In this document: in pieces, positions 31,960 through 44,810 of the stretch
Numbering within the stretch: position 1 is the stretch's first letter
Layout of the letters: the number at the start of each line of letters is the position of its first letter
Assembly: GCF_009914755.1 (NCBI RefSeq)
Contig: NC_060936.1
Origin: the human T2T-CHM13v2.0 reference genome, Homo sapiens
DNA length: 64,000 nt
Strand: one strand, 5' to 3'
Position numbers and translations under genes: made by a program
The notes under the pieces: model-generated
The model's database searches: none
Seen by the model: only the letters and a program-made list of their open reading frames with translations
Told to the model about the DNA's origin: nothing

Positions 31960-32709
31960 GTTCTGAACTACTTTTGATCTTTTTATATGCATGATATTCT
32001 GTTTTTGAATAAACTGGATGAACTTTGAGAAATTTTTTTAAAAGCCTAATTCACATAGATGTCTGACTTCTTTCCAGAAAACCAGCTTTAACAGATGAGT
32101 TCATGTGTAATTTAAAAGTTTAAAACCAAACTCTTTGAACTTTTCTTTGAAAATGAACATATATTTCTGAAATCATAATGCAATAAAATATTCTACTTCA
32201 TTAGCGAGCAATTAGCAAAATCACATTTATTTAAACTTTATAATTTGTATTCCACTGTATTAATAAACTATTAGATTGTCCCAATCATTTAAACTCTATC
32301 TAATTTGCTTATATTGCTCAATCTGGACACAATATTTAATGCTGCATATGACTTAGTTTCATGAAAATGCATTCATGAAAACACAAGGGAGAAAAATCTC
32401 TGGAAATGTTAAGGATAAGAGGATAGTCTTCTTTAGGAATCACTTTACCTAATTTAAATTGCTAACTTCATGTGTGTACCAATAAACTTAAACTTTATAG
32501 CATTCCTAAACCATAATCATCTTTAGAAGCTAGAAAGTGTTTTTAATAATGCAACACAGTTCTTTAGATATGACCAGGTTTGTTGACACTTTAGTGTTGT
32601 GTCTTGAGGAAATGGGTCTTGAAATTTTCATGATTACATTGTTTTAATAAATTTTTAAAGAGTGGGAGCATCTGAGTTCCCTTAGTCTCAACTCAAATAG
32701 AAGCCATAC

Positions 32710-32838
32710 CAGGCATGTGCAGTTCTTACAGCCGTCTATCCAGGACTCAAATTCTCGGTAGGTGGTTCCCTTCATGGTGCAAGTCCTTTCACAATAGCAC
32801 TGATCCAATCTATTCATTCGCTGTTCAGCTCGAGACAG
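32710..32838 (-). CDS. NELL2: NELL2 coding exon (~exon 8), 129 nt, coiled-coil end and VWC1 start
   Basis: Acceptor ttttgtgccacag|CTG, donor TGC CTG|gtatgg. Translates LSRAEQRMNRLDQCYCERTCTMKGTTYREFESWIDGCKNCTCL, within ORF 32644..32958. Phase 0-0. Confidence 0.98.
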
Positions 32839-33729
32839 CTGTGGCACAAAAGAACGGGTTTTACATTGTTCATCCTTCCAGCAACACAGAAATGTGAAAC
32901 ACTCCGCAGGCATCTTTTTTTTAAAGTATGTAGCAATGATGATGGCTGTGCTTATCAACCACTTGCCATAAACATATTTAAGACTTTAATTTAATTTAAA
33001 AGAATGTTTTTTTCTCTCCTCTTCTTTTTGTGATAAATTTGCTCCCTGCCTTAGAAACAAACAACATAATTTATAAGACATAAATCAAAGGTTAATTCAA
33101 AACATCACTCAAATGCAGAGAAGCACTTTCCATTTAAAAGAAAAATGTTTAATTTCATTTATATGCTTCTTCAAGTAAAAAAATAAAATTCAGAATTTAT
33201 GTTGTATAAGAAACAAATCATACACCATACAACACAACCATCAGGTATTCTGTAACTACTATACAAAATTACAAGTCTAGTGAAATTGTAGGTAAACCTG
33301 ACATATGCTTAAGATATTAGTAAATAATCCTAGAACTGTAACATAGTGGTAGAAAGCATTTATGGGACCATTTCTTTGATACAATTCTGGTGTCTATATT
33401 CTTTACACTGTCCTACTGCCTCCTTGCTTGTAATGAAAAACTGAATAAAAATAAATAATAATAAAAGCTAAACAATAAATCCTCCTGTAGTAAGCAGTGT
33501 ATAAATTAGGTAATCTGCCTCATTCCTGATTTACTGAATTATTTGTTATACAGATGGCTAGGGTTTTAATATTTATAAGCCTTTCCTTAAGCAGAGATTT
33601 AGATTCAGTCCTAGCAAACAGTATAGTATAAGAAGAGCCTCGAAGGTGAAAATCTATGGTTATAAATGGAAGTATTGGGAACATCAAGGATTTTTAAGCT
33701 TCCACACTGTATTCTTGAGTAGCTTTTAC

Positions 33730-33812
33730 CTTGGCTGATGTTTTGGCTAAAATATCCTGTAGCTCCATGATTTTCTGCACAAGTCCATGGAAGTCATTGC
33801 AAGTTGGACAGG
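33730..33812 (-). CDS. NELL2: NELL2 coding exon (~exon 7), 83 nt, coiled-coil start
   Basis: Acceptor aattccag|CC TGT, donor GCC AAG|gtaaaa. Translates (T)CPTCNDFHGLVQKIMELQDILAKTSAK. Preceded by a 117-nt intron. Confidence 0.97.
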
Positions 33813-33929
33813 CTGGAATTACAAACACTACATTTGGTCAAGATGCATTTATAAGGGGTTCAATCTGGTTAAGTCTATGCTGACAAGTAATATATGGGGA
33901 CTCCACAGTGCAAGAACTAATAGACTTAC

Positions 33930-34002
33930 TGCGATTAAGATCTGGGCACTGAGCAATAAATCCCTGGGGCATGACAAGTAATTGGACATCTTGCATTATA
34001 CC
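33930..34002 (-). CDS. NELL2: NELL2 coding exon (~exon 6), 73 nt
   Basis: Acceptor tttttcacacacag|GGT, donor CGC A|gtaagt. Translates GIMQDVQLLVMPQGFIAQCPDLNR, also visible in ORF 33838..34062. Confidence 0.97.
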
Positions 34003-36350
34003 CTGTGTGTGAAAAATAGAAAAAAAAGACATATTACTTTCATTTACCCAAATTATGTTCAATGGTCAAGTTCATGAAGGAAAATATTACAGAACACACT
34101 CACTAAAATCCCTGAGTAAAAAGTCTTTGTTAATACATTATTTCCACTTCATACCAAAGGGAAAGAAATTCATCAGGCACAATAGATGATTACCCATGTA
34201 TTCTCTTATTGATAATGTTTTTAAAGCCTTAAGATTAAATGTCAAGCTATAACTAAGAGGCAATAGTTATGTTGTTTTGAGAAGTTATTTTTAGTTAGCC
34301 ACTGACGGGCTTGAAAATGACCTTTAAAAAAATCAACCTGATAATAATTTCTAGCTTCAGCAACTCTGAAATTGATACCAATTTTAAATTAACTTTAATT
34401 ATTAAAGAAAAGGATAGAAAAACTGAGTCATGAAAGCATGCTCATTTGAGCATCTCATGAAAGTGGGATCTTTTAAAACTAATTTCTCAATTTAAAAAGG
34501 ACAATAGATTCATTAAACAGCTACAGCAAAATATAGTGATGAGTTCTTATGAGTACAGAAAGTTTAAAATGAAAATTTTTTAAATGTCAGCTGGAAATGA
34601 CCTGTTTTACATAGAAAATTTTATCACATGTTTATAGGCAAAATTTACATGCATACTTAGTCATTAAGGTATAATTAGCTTCCAGCTTGCTGGGCTCCTA
34701 AAGCAAAGACCAATGGTGGCTCAGAAATGATCTATCAGACACATCCAGCTGTCTCTTTTATCTGCCACACTCCCCCCATTTCTTCATGGCCTTTATATAT
34801 TTTATTAAATTAATATTTTACTTTATCCATTTGAAAAATGCAAACAAAATATCTAATGATAGGAATAACTGTACCAACATGACATCAATATAATTTTAAA
34901 CGTACCTATAAAGATTTACCAGTCAAATACTGGTCTCTATGTCTTGTACATGTTTAATCTGATTAATAGCATGTATCAATGTGAACGATAAATATTTAAG
35001 TATTTTTACTGTGTGGGTATTACTGGATCCAGTGTGTGCTTGGGCCTAGATTGATGAAATAAATTGTGTACCAACTCCTATCACTTAGAAGCAGCAACAT
35101 AAAAACAAGGCTATCGTGTACGGTTATATAGTTTATGCACTGTACAACTCTAATGGATACTATTTATGGACTACAATAAAGAGAATGACCCCCAGAGTTG
35201 TACACATAATTGACATGTGGAGATTTTGAGGCCACACTTAGGCTCCATGGGAAGGACTGTCACGATTAAATAGAGATGAGATTTGGGACTCACAGCACAC
35301 ATCTGCTATCCCTTACCTGGGAAAAGCGCATGGTTTTAGGATTTGCAAGCATGGAACCAATTTCCTATTTGTGTCACTTACTATTTGCCTATCTTTAAGC
35401 AAGTTACTTTACCCCTCTGTGCAGGTTTATGCATAATAAAACAGAAATAAAAAATGACCCTGCATCAAGACTAGCAAGGCTACTATTAGATGGAATCATA
35501 TATTTCAAGTATCTGGTTTCCTGGTAACAGGCAATGCTTAAATAAGTTCCCAAAACACCTTTATAGAATTATAAACTTTGCTTAGAAAACAATTAAATTC
35601 ACTGGTATGTGATCTACCTTGAAATCTATGAGTTGAACTATCACTTATCATTGTTTGATTTGGTAATCATTCATCGAGCCACTTCCATGTTGTAGGGACT
35701 GTCATAGCCACTGGGGGAAAATGATTGCACTATGGGCTTGTAGTCAAGCAATTCTCTGGACTTTATTTCTTCATCTTTAAAATATGGAAAGTTAAATGAC
35801 ATGTCCCTTAGAGCCTCTCCAATGAAGAAATTCTATGAAGTGTTGTCTCCAAGTACATATTAAAGGAAAAGATATAAATTATAACTGCTTTCTCTTTTGA
35901 CAGATTTGTGCACATATGTGTATTCCTTTCTCACTTTCTGCAGTACAAGGAGACCATGAATAATATATACTAAAAAGCTTTCAATCCGCTATTAACATCT
36001 TTGTAAAAGTATCATCAAAGGTTATATTTCAGTGGTGGAGAGTTTATTTGTATGTTAACATTTTAGATTTTTATTGCTTTGAAAGGTTAATTCAAAGAAT
36101 GACCTGTTAACTGCCCTGATTGCAGCCTTGTGATCATTTCTGTAATATCTAACAATTAAACTCATTGAAAAAAGAAGAGAAAATAATGTTTGCTGGCTAA
36201 AATATTACTGTTTAAAAAAATGAAACAGACACAAATTTTCTAATTTACAAATCAAATTATTTTGTTTCACACCATAAAAAGTAAAATCTACTTTTTGAAA
36301 CTCATTAGAAAGCATTTACATTTCATTCTCAGACTTTTGCCAAAAGATAC

Positions 36351-36447
36351 CTTAAAATATCCATGCGCATTATTTCTCTGTCCTAGCCAAAATGTTGTGC
36401 CTAGAGGCAAGTCTGTGGAGGGCTTTTCTACTACCCTTTCATAAATT
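36351..36447 (-). CDS. NELL2: NELL2 coding exon (~exon 5), 97 nt, LamG domain
   Basis: Acceptor ttttttgcag|A ATT, donor TTT AAG|gtatct. Translates (K)IYERVVEKPSTDLPLGTTFWLGQRNNAHGYFK. Preceded by an 89-nt intron. Confidence 0.97.
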
Positions 36448-36536
36448 CTGCAAAAAAGAAACATCAAAGAAGGAACGTGAGTAGACAGTCATTTCTTAGA
36501 ATCTTCCATTTCCTAAAATGAGGACACTACACTTAC

Positions 36537-36710
36537 TTATTGCAGTCAATGTGTAAAATCAAATGGGAAGCACTGATGGCTAAGGAGAGCTTGTGCCACT
36601 TGTCATCAGCCAAAATGTAAGGAAACACTTCTGTGTGAGGGCGGTGACTGCCTGAGCGGTAATGCAGTCTGACTTCATTCCGATGGCCACTACTTTCCAG
36701 TTCCAGGTAC
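36537..36710 (-). CDS. NELL2: NELL2 coding exon (~exon 4), 174 nt, TSP-N/laminin-G domain
   Basis: Acceptor ctctctgcag|G TAC, donor AAT AA|gtaagt. Translates (R)YLELESSGHRNEVRLHYRSGSHRPHTEVFPYILADDKWHKLSLAISASHLILHIDCN(K). Phase 2-2. Confidence 0.97.
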
Positions 36711-36769
36711 CTGCAGAGAGAAGAGCCACATGGGACACATTAAAAATAAAGTTCAAAAACGATTGAAGT

Positions 36770-39700
36770 GATCTCTGTCTACGGGATGGAATAGATGTAC
36801 TTTTCCTAGTTCTCCCACTAAGTACAACTAGACATCATATACAAAACAAACACAGAAGAATCTAGAAGATAGAGAAAAAAAGATATTCAGGATCCAAGGA
36901 ACAATATGGTAGTGAGTTCAATGGGTTTCCATTTTGTGTCATATATCCTGGACTTGGAGCTAAAGAAGGCTTCAATCTGGAAATATCAATGAATGTAGAC
37001 CTAAAAAATCCTCAAGATGAGCCTGCTTTCTCTAGCTGAAGAACAAAGAAAGGATCAGTCTAGCAAGACAGAAACTGCTAGATAATAATCTCTCTGTTCC
37101 AGTCAAACATCACAGAAAAAACTGGCCCCATCCCAAACCATGCCAAACAAAAGCTAAGTAAGAAGCTTATATTTCTACCCTGTTCAAGCAGAAATGAGGC
37201 ATGTAACACCAGAATAGTGTCAGAGAAGGCCAAGTTTAGAGCCAAGAATTTTAACCCTCCCAGGCAGTAATGAGGCCCCCCACAGCACTAGTGAAGACCA
37301 TACAATGAGGAGCCTGGACTTCCATCTCATCTTGGAAGTAATGAAGCACACTTCCCTTTCCCCGCTGGGATAGTATCAAAGGAAGCCTACTAAGGAGTCA
37401 GGAGTTTTATAGTCATCCAGCAGTAATGAAACCACCCCGCCACAGTGCCAGCAGAAACCATATAGGAAGCTGAAACTTCCCCCAACTCAGAAATAAAAGA
37501 AGCTTCCCCCTCAACTGTCAACAAAGGCAAGTGGGGAATCTAGACTTCTACCTCCACCTGGCAGTAACAAGATGGCACCCTCCCTTCCCCTGACAAAGCA
37601 GTGTCAGAGAAAGCTGGCTAAAACAGGCGGGTTAAATAAGATTCAAGTCTCAGAACATGATACAAACATGTCCAGGTTTCAGTAAAAAATCATTCATTAT
37701 ACCAAGAAGCAAAGAAATCTCCAACAGATTGTAAAAAGAAAAAGAACAGATATCAAGACTAAAATGATAAGGATGTTAGAATTACCCAACAAATATTTTA
37801 CAGCAGCACTGACAAAAACAATTATGAAAAGACTTAAATGAAAAAAATAGAAAGTTTCAATAAAGAAAAAGAAAAATGGGAAAAAAAATTTAAAACCAAA
37901 TAGAAACTTCAGAACCAAAAAAATACAATAATGGAAATGAAAGCTCAGTGGATAAAGCTAAACAGCAGAATGGAAGTGACTGTGAAAAGAATCAGTTATC
38001 TGGAAGACAGAAAAAAAAGCATCCAATGTGACAAATAGAAGATAGACTGAAAAAAAAGTTGAACAGTCTTAAAGAGCTGTGAGATTATAACAAAAGATCT
38101 AACATTTGTATCACTAGCATCCGAGAAAGAGAGGAGAAAGGAGGCGAGCTTAAAAAACAATATTGAAGAAATAATGGCTGAACACCTCCCAAATTTGGCA
38201 AGAGATATAAACTCACAGATTCAAGAATCTAAGGAAACCCTAAACAAGATAAACTCAAAACAATTTTCAACTTCATATCAAGCCATATCATAATTAATCT
38301 TCTGAAAACTAAAAACAAAGAAAAAATTTGAAAGTAGACAGAGAAAATCTTGCACATTAAGTACAAGGAAAAATTAGAGTGACAGTGTGTTTCTCAGTAG
38401 AAACCATGGGAGCCATAAAGAAGTGGTAAAATATTTTTCATGTGACAAAAGCAAAAAGAGCTGTACACGTAGAATTGTATACCCAGCAAAAACATCCTTC
38501 AGGAATGAAGAGAAATCAAGACATTCTCAGATAAAGGAAAACTAAGAGAATTTATCATGAGAAGACCTATTTTAAAAGAACAGCAAAATAATGACCTCTA
38601 AACAGAAAGAAAAATATAAAATAAAAAGCTTTGGAACATCAGGAAGGTAGAAAGAACATAGTATGTAAAAAAGAAAAATGGGTAAATACAATAAGCTTTC
38701 CTTCTCCTCTTTTCTAAAGTATGTTTGACAACTGAAGCAACAGCTCAAAATTGAAGCAAAAGAGTCTGTGTCCTAAATGTATGTTAAACAATATTTAAAG
38801 AATTTATGTTATAAATGAGTGAGGGTAAAGAAACATAAAGACAGCTAAAATTTCTATACATCACTCAAACTGGTAAAATGACTATACGAACAATCAGTTA
38901 TAAGTTATGTATATATAATGGAATACCTACAGCAACCACTTACAAAGCTATACAAAGAGACACACTCATAAACATACAGATAAAATGAAATTGTAAAACA
39001 AGTAACCCATGGTAAGAAAAAAAACAGAAAAATAAAACAGAGAGAACAAACATAAAATAAAAAATAAAGTGGCAGACTTAAACTCAAGCATATAATTTTA
39101 TTAAAAGTAAATAGTTTACATGCATCAATTAAAAGAAAGAGATTAGCAGAAGGGATTAAAAACCATGACCATATTCTGTTGGTAAGAAACTCACTTCAAA
39201 TATAACAGTCTAGGCAGTTTGAAAGTAAACAAATAGAAAATAATATATATTGAAACTATTAATCAAAGGAAAGCAGAAATGGCTATATTAATTTCAGAAA
39301 AATATATTTCAGAGCCAAAAAATACCAAAGACAAACAGAAATGCTATAAAAATGATGAAAAAAATCAATCCATTAAGAAGACATAGCAATTCTCAATGTG
39401 TATTACCGAAAACACAGAGCTGCAAAATATGTGAAGCAAAAACTGATAGAATTGAAAGAATACATGGTAAAATCCACAATTACAGTTGCAGACGTCAACA
39501 CCCCTGTTTCAACAATTATTTGAACAACTAGCCAAAATGTCAAGAATATATAACTCAAAAATACCATCAACCAACAGGATCCACTCAACACTTATAGAAC
39601 ATACCACTCAACAACAACAGAATACACATTCCCTTCAAGTTCCCAAGGGATATATACCAAGGCAGACCATATCTTGAGCCATAAAATAAACCTCAACAAA

Positions 39701-41142
39701 ACAACATTTTAAAAAATTTAAATCACTTAGAGTATGCTTTCCAACCACAACAGAATCACACTGAAAATCAATAACCAGACAATCTCCAAATGTTTTCAAG
39801 CTAAATATATTTCTAAATAATCCACAGGTCAAAGAGGAAGGCTCAGGGAAATTTTTAAAAATACATAAAATAAATTAAAATTAAAATTAAATATCAAAAA
39901 TTGCCAAAAAAACAGGTAAAGCAATACTTGAGAGAGAAATTTATAGCACTAAATGCATATATTAGAAAAGAAGATAAGTCCCAAATCAATAAGCTCCCAC
40001 CTCAAGAGCAAAGAAAAGGAAGGGCAAAATAAACACAAATCAAGTAGAAGTAAGGAATTAATAAAGAGCAGAAATCAATACAATTTAAAAAAATTGAAAA
40101 AAATCAATGAACCACAAGCTGGTTCTTTGAACAGTTCAATAAAATTAATGAACTAACGAAGAAAAAAGAGAAAAGATATCAATATTAAGAGATAAACAGA
40201 AGATTTCATTACAGACCCTGCAGATATTGAAAGGTTAATATGGGAATACTAAACTCTAGACAAAAAGTTTGACAAATGACACAAAATGAACTAATTCAAA
40301 AACACAACTTACAGAATATGAAACAGATTACTTGTATACTTCTATAATTTTTAAGAAAAGTGAATTCATAAATTTAAAACTCCAAAAAATTAAATCTCCA
40401 GGCCCAGAAGTTTCATTGCAGAATTTTCTCACGTAATAAAAGAAGTCATATGAATTCTACACAATCGCTTCCAGAAAGTAACAGAGAGAAAAACTACTAA
40501 ATTCATTTTATGTATTTATATTGCCCTGACACCAAAAAACAGATAAAGATAGTACAAAAAAGTAAAACCAAAGACAATATGCTCCCTGAGTATATACATA
40601 AAAACTGTTAACAAAATGTTAACAAATATAATTCAGCAATATATAAAAACAATGATATACCATAATCAAGTGGGGTTTATTCCAGGGATGCCAGTCTGGT
40701 TCAATATTTGAAAATCAATCCATTATACTGACTAACAAAGGAATGAAAATTATTTTATCATATTGACTTATGCAGAAAAAGCATTTGACAAAATTCAGCA
40801 CCAATTAAAGATGAAACTCTCAGAAAAGTAAGAACAGAGGAGAACTGTCTCAACCTAATAAAAAGCAACTATAAATAAACTACAGTTAACATCATACTCA
40901 ATGGTGAAAGACCAGATGCTTTCTCTCTAACATCAGAACAAGGCAAACCTCTCGTTCCCACCATTCTTATTCAACATAGTGCTGAAAGCTCTGGTCAGTG
41001 CAATAAGAAGAGAAAAGAAAAGAAAAAGGAAAAGGAAAAGAAAGGAAAGAAAAGAAAAAGAATACAGAATAGAAAGGAAGAAGTTAGAAAGTCAATCTTG
41101 GCAGATTATATGATAGCCTACATAGAAAATCTCAATAAATCT
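36770..41142 (+). mobile_element. Old L1M (L1MC/L1MD-type) element, 5' part: 5' UTR, degenerate ORF1, ORF2 up to the RT domain
   Basis: 5' end gatggaatagatgtacttttcctagttctcccactaagtacaact; ORF1 remnants ~37700-38640; ORF2 remnants ~39070-41140 (ggggtttattccagggatg; gcagaaaaagcatttgacaaaattc). Confidence 0.8.
41006..41065 (+). repeat. (GAAAA)n-like polypurine tract expanded inside old L1 ORF2
   Basis: agaagagaaaagaaaagaaaaaggaaaaggaaaagaaaggaaagaaaagaaaaag. Confidence 0.85.
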
Positions 41143-43736
41143 AGAGGAGTTGGTACCATTCCTTCTGAAACTGTTCCAAACAAAAGGAAAAGAAGGACTC
41201 CTCCCTAACTCATTTTATGAGGCCAGCATCATCCTAATGCCAAAACCTGGCAGAGACACAATAAAAAAAGAAAATTTCAGGCCAATATCCCTGATCAACA
41301 TCCATGTGAAAATCCTCAATAAAATACTGACAAACCAAATCCAGCAGCACATCCAAAAGCTTATCCACCACGATCAAGTCGGCTTCATCCCTGCGATGCA
41401 AGGCTGGTTCAACATATGCATATCAATAAATGGAATCCATCACATAAACAGAACCAGTGACAAAAAAACATATGATTATCTCAATAGATGCAGAAAAGGG
41501 CTTCGATAAAATTCAACACCCCTTCATGCTAAAAACACTCAATAAACTAGGTATGGATGGAACGTATCTCAAAATAATAAGAACTATTTATGACAAACCC
41601 ATAGCCAACATCATATTGAATGGGCAAAAGCTGGAAGCATTCCCTTTGAAAACCGGCACAAGACAAGGATGCCCTCTCTCACAACTCTTATTCAACACCG
41701 TATTGGAAGTTCTGGCCAAGGCAATCAGGCAAGAGGAAGAAATAAAGTGTATTCAAATAGGAAGAAAGGAAGGCAAATTGTTTTGTTTGCAGATGACATG
41801 ATTGTATATTTAGAAAACCCCATCATCTTGGCCCCAAAACTCCTTAAGCTGATAAGCATCTTCAGTAAAGTCTCAGAATACAAAATCAATGTGCAAAGAT
41901 CACAAGCATTCCTATACACCAATAACAGAGAAACACAGAGCCAAATCATGAGTGAACTTCCATTCACAATTGCTACAAAGAGAATAAAATACCTAGGAAT
42001 ACAACTTACAAGGGATGCGAAGGACCTCTTCAAGAAGAACTACAAACCAATGCTGGAAATAAGAGAGGACACAAACAAACGGAAAAACATTCATGCTCAT
42101 GGATAGGAAGAATCAATATCATGAAAATGGCCATACTGCCCAAAGTAATGTATAGATTCAGTGCTATCCCCATCAAGCTACCATTGACTTTCCTTCACAG
42201 AATTAGAAAAAAACTACTTTAAATTTCATATGGAAACAAAAAAGAGCCCATATGGACAAGACAATCTTAAGCAAAAAGAACAAAGCTGGAGGCATCATGC
42301 CACCTGACTTCAAACTATACTACAGGCTACAGTAACCAAAACAGCATGGTACTGGTACCAAAACAGATATATAGTCCAGTGAAACAGAACAGAGGCCTCA
42401 GAAATAACACCACACATCTACAACCATCTAATCTTTGACAAACCTGACAAAAACAAGCAATAGGGAAAGGATTCCCTATTTAATAAATGGTGCTGGAAAA
42501 ACTGGCTAGCCATAGGCAGAAAACTGAAACTGGATCCCTTCCTTACACCTTATGCAAAAATTAACTCACAATGGATTAAAGACATAAATGTAAAACCCAA
42601 AACCATAAAAACCCTAGAAGAAAACCTAGGCAAAACCATTCAGGACATAGGCACGGGCAAAGACTTCATGACTAAAACACCAAAAGCAATGGCAACAAAA
42701 GCACAGTTGACAAATGGAATCTAATTAAACTAAAGACCTTCTGCACAGCCAAAGAAACTATCATCAGAGTGAATAGGCAACCTACAGAATGGGAGAAAAT
42801 TTTGGCATTCTATCCATCTGACAAAGGGCTAATATCCAGAATCTGGAAGGACATTAAATAAATTTACAAGAAAAAAAACAAACAGCCCCATCAAAAAGTG
42901 GGCAAAGACTAACAGACACTTTTCAAAAGAAGACATTTATGCAGCCAACAAACACATGAAAAAAAGTTCATATTACTGGTCATTAGAAAAATGAAAATGA
43001 AAACCACAATGAGAAACCATCTCATGCCAGTTAGAATGGCGATCATTAAAAAGTCAGGAAACAACAGATTCTGGAGGGGATGTGGAGAAATAGGAATGAT
43101 TTTACATTGTTGATGGGAATATAAATTAGTGCAACCTTTGTGGAAGACAGTGTGGCAATTCCTCAAGGATCTAGAACCAGAAATACCTTTTGACACAGCA
43201 ATCCCATTACTGGTTATATACCCAAAGGATTATAAAGCATTCTACTATAAAGACACATGTACATGTATGTTTTCTGCAGCACTATTTACAATAGCAAAGA
43301 CTTGGAACCAACCCAAATGCCCATCAATGATAGACTGGATAAAGAAAATGTGGCATATATACACCACGGATTACTATGCAGCCATAAAAAAGGATGAGTT
43401 CTTGTCCTTTGCAGGGACATGGATGAAGCTGGAAACCATCATTCCCAGCAAACTAACACAGGAAGAGAAAACCAAACACTGCATTGTCTCACTCATAAGT
43501 GGGAGTTGAACAATGAGAACACATGGACACAGAGAGGAGAACATCACGTACCGGGGCCTGTCATGGGGTGGGGGCAAGATGAGGGAGAGCATTAGGACAA
43601 ATACCTAATGCATGCGGGGCTTAAAACCTAGATGATGGGTTGATGGGTGCAGTAAACAACCATGGCACATGTATACCTATGTAACAAACCTGCATGTTCT
43701 GCATATGTATCCCAGAATTTAAAGTATAAAAAAAAA
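41143..43736 (+). mobile_element. 5'-truncated L1PA7/L1PA8-like element inserted into the old L1M ORF2
   Basis: ORF2 fragments (ORFs 41150.., 41457.., 41669.. containing FADD, 43129..). 3' UTR attaggacaaatacctaatgcatgcggggcttaaaacctagatgatggg and A tail. Confidence 0.92.
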
Positions 43737-44810
43737 CTATCAGAACTAATAAGTTAATTTGGCAGGGTCATAGGATACAATATGACATATAAAAATAATT
43801 ATATTTCTACATGCTAGCAAAAATACATGGATACCAAAATTAAAAATACAATATAATTTACAATTACACAGAAAATTTAAAACTACTTAGGTGTAAATCT
43901 AACAAAACACAAACAGGTATTATATACTGAAAACAACATAACACTGATGAAAGAAATCAAAGATCTAAATTATGAATAAATATACCATATGCATAAATTG
44001 GAAGACTCAATACAGTAAAGAAGTCAATTCTCCCCAGTGTGATATAAATGTTTAATATAATTCCTATAAAAATAATGGCAAAAAATTTAGCTGTAGACAA
44101 CATTATCCTAAAATTTATACGGAAAGGCAAAAAAATTTACATTAAAATTTATATGGAAGGACATTTAGGCTATTCAAATCAGAATAGCTGAAATAGTTTT
44201 GAAGAAGGAATAAAGTAGAAAGAATCAATCTACCCAATTCAAAGACTTTATACAGTACAGTAATCAATACTGTGTAGTATGGGCAGAGGGATAGTCACAT
44301 ATCTCATATGGACAGAGAATCAAGAATATACCCACACAAATATGACCAACTGATTTTTTTACAAAAGAGCAAAGGTAATCCAATGGAGAAAAATATAGCT
44401 TTTTCAACAAATGGTGCTGAAGCAACTGAACATCCAAATGTTAAGGGAAAAAAAAAAATTTTAACTTCAGTCTCACACTTCATGCAAAAATTATCTCAAC
44501 ATGGATCACAAACTTAAATATAAAATCTAAAATGTAAGACTGTTAGGATAAAAAAAGGATAAAATGTTAGGGATTTAAGTCTACACAATGAGTTCTTAGA
44601 GTTGACACCAAAAGCACTATCCATAAAAGGTAAAAATTGAAAACTGGACACCATCAGAAAGGGAAACTTTTGTGCATTTTAAGACCCTGTGAAAAGATGA
44701 AAAGACATGCTACAGTTTGGAAGAAAATATTTACAAATCAAATATCTGACAAAGGACTACTATCTAGAATATAAAAGAACTCTCAAAACTCAGCAATTAA
44801 AAAAAAGAAC
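43737..44810 (+). mobile_element. Continuation of the old L1M ORF2
   Basis: Resumes with ctatcagaactaataag, the sequence expected after ...aataaatct at 41142, and runs to gaactctcaaaactcagcaattaaaaaaaagaac. Confidence 0.82.

Noticed and set aside
32644-32709. Intronic polyadenylation isoform reading through the exon 8 donor (VWLLFELRLRELRCSHSLKIY-stop with an overlapping ATTAAA)
   Set aside because: The hexamer is in AT-rich sequence and there is no GU/U-rich downstream element. Chance occurrence is likely without 3'-end data.
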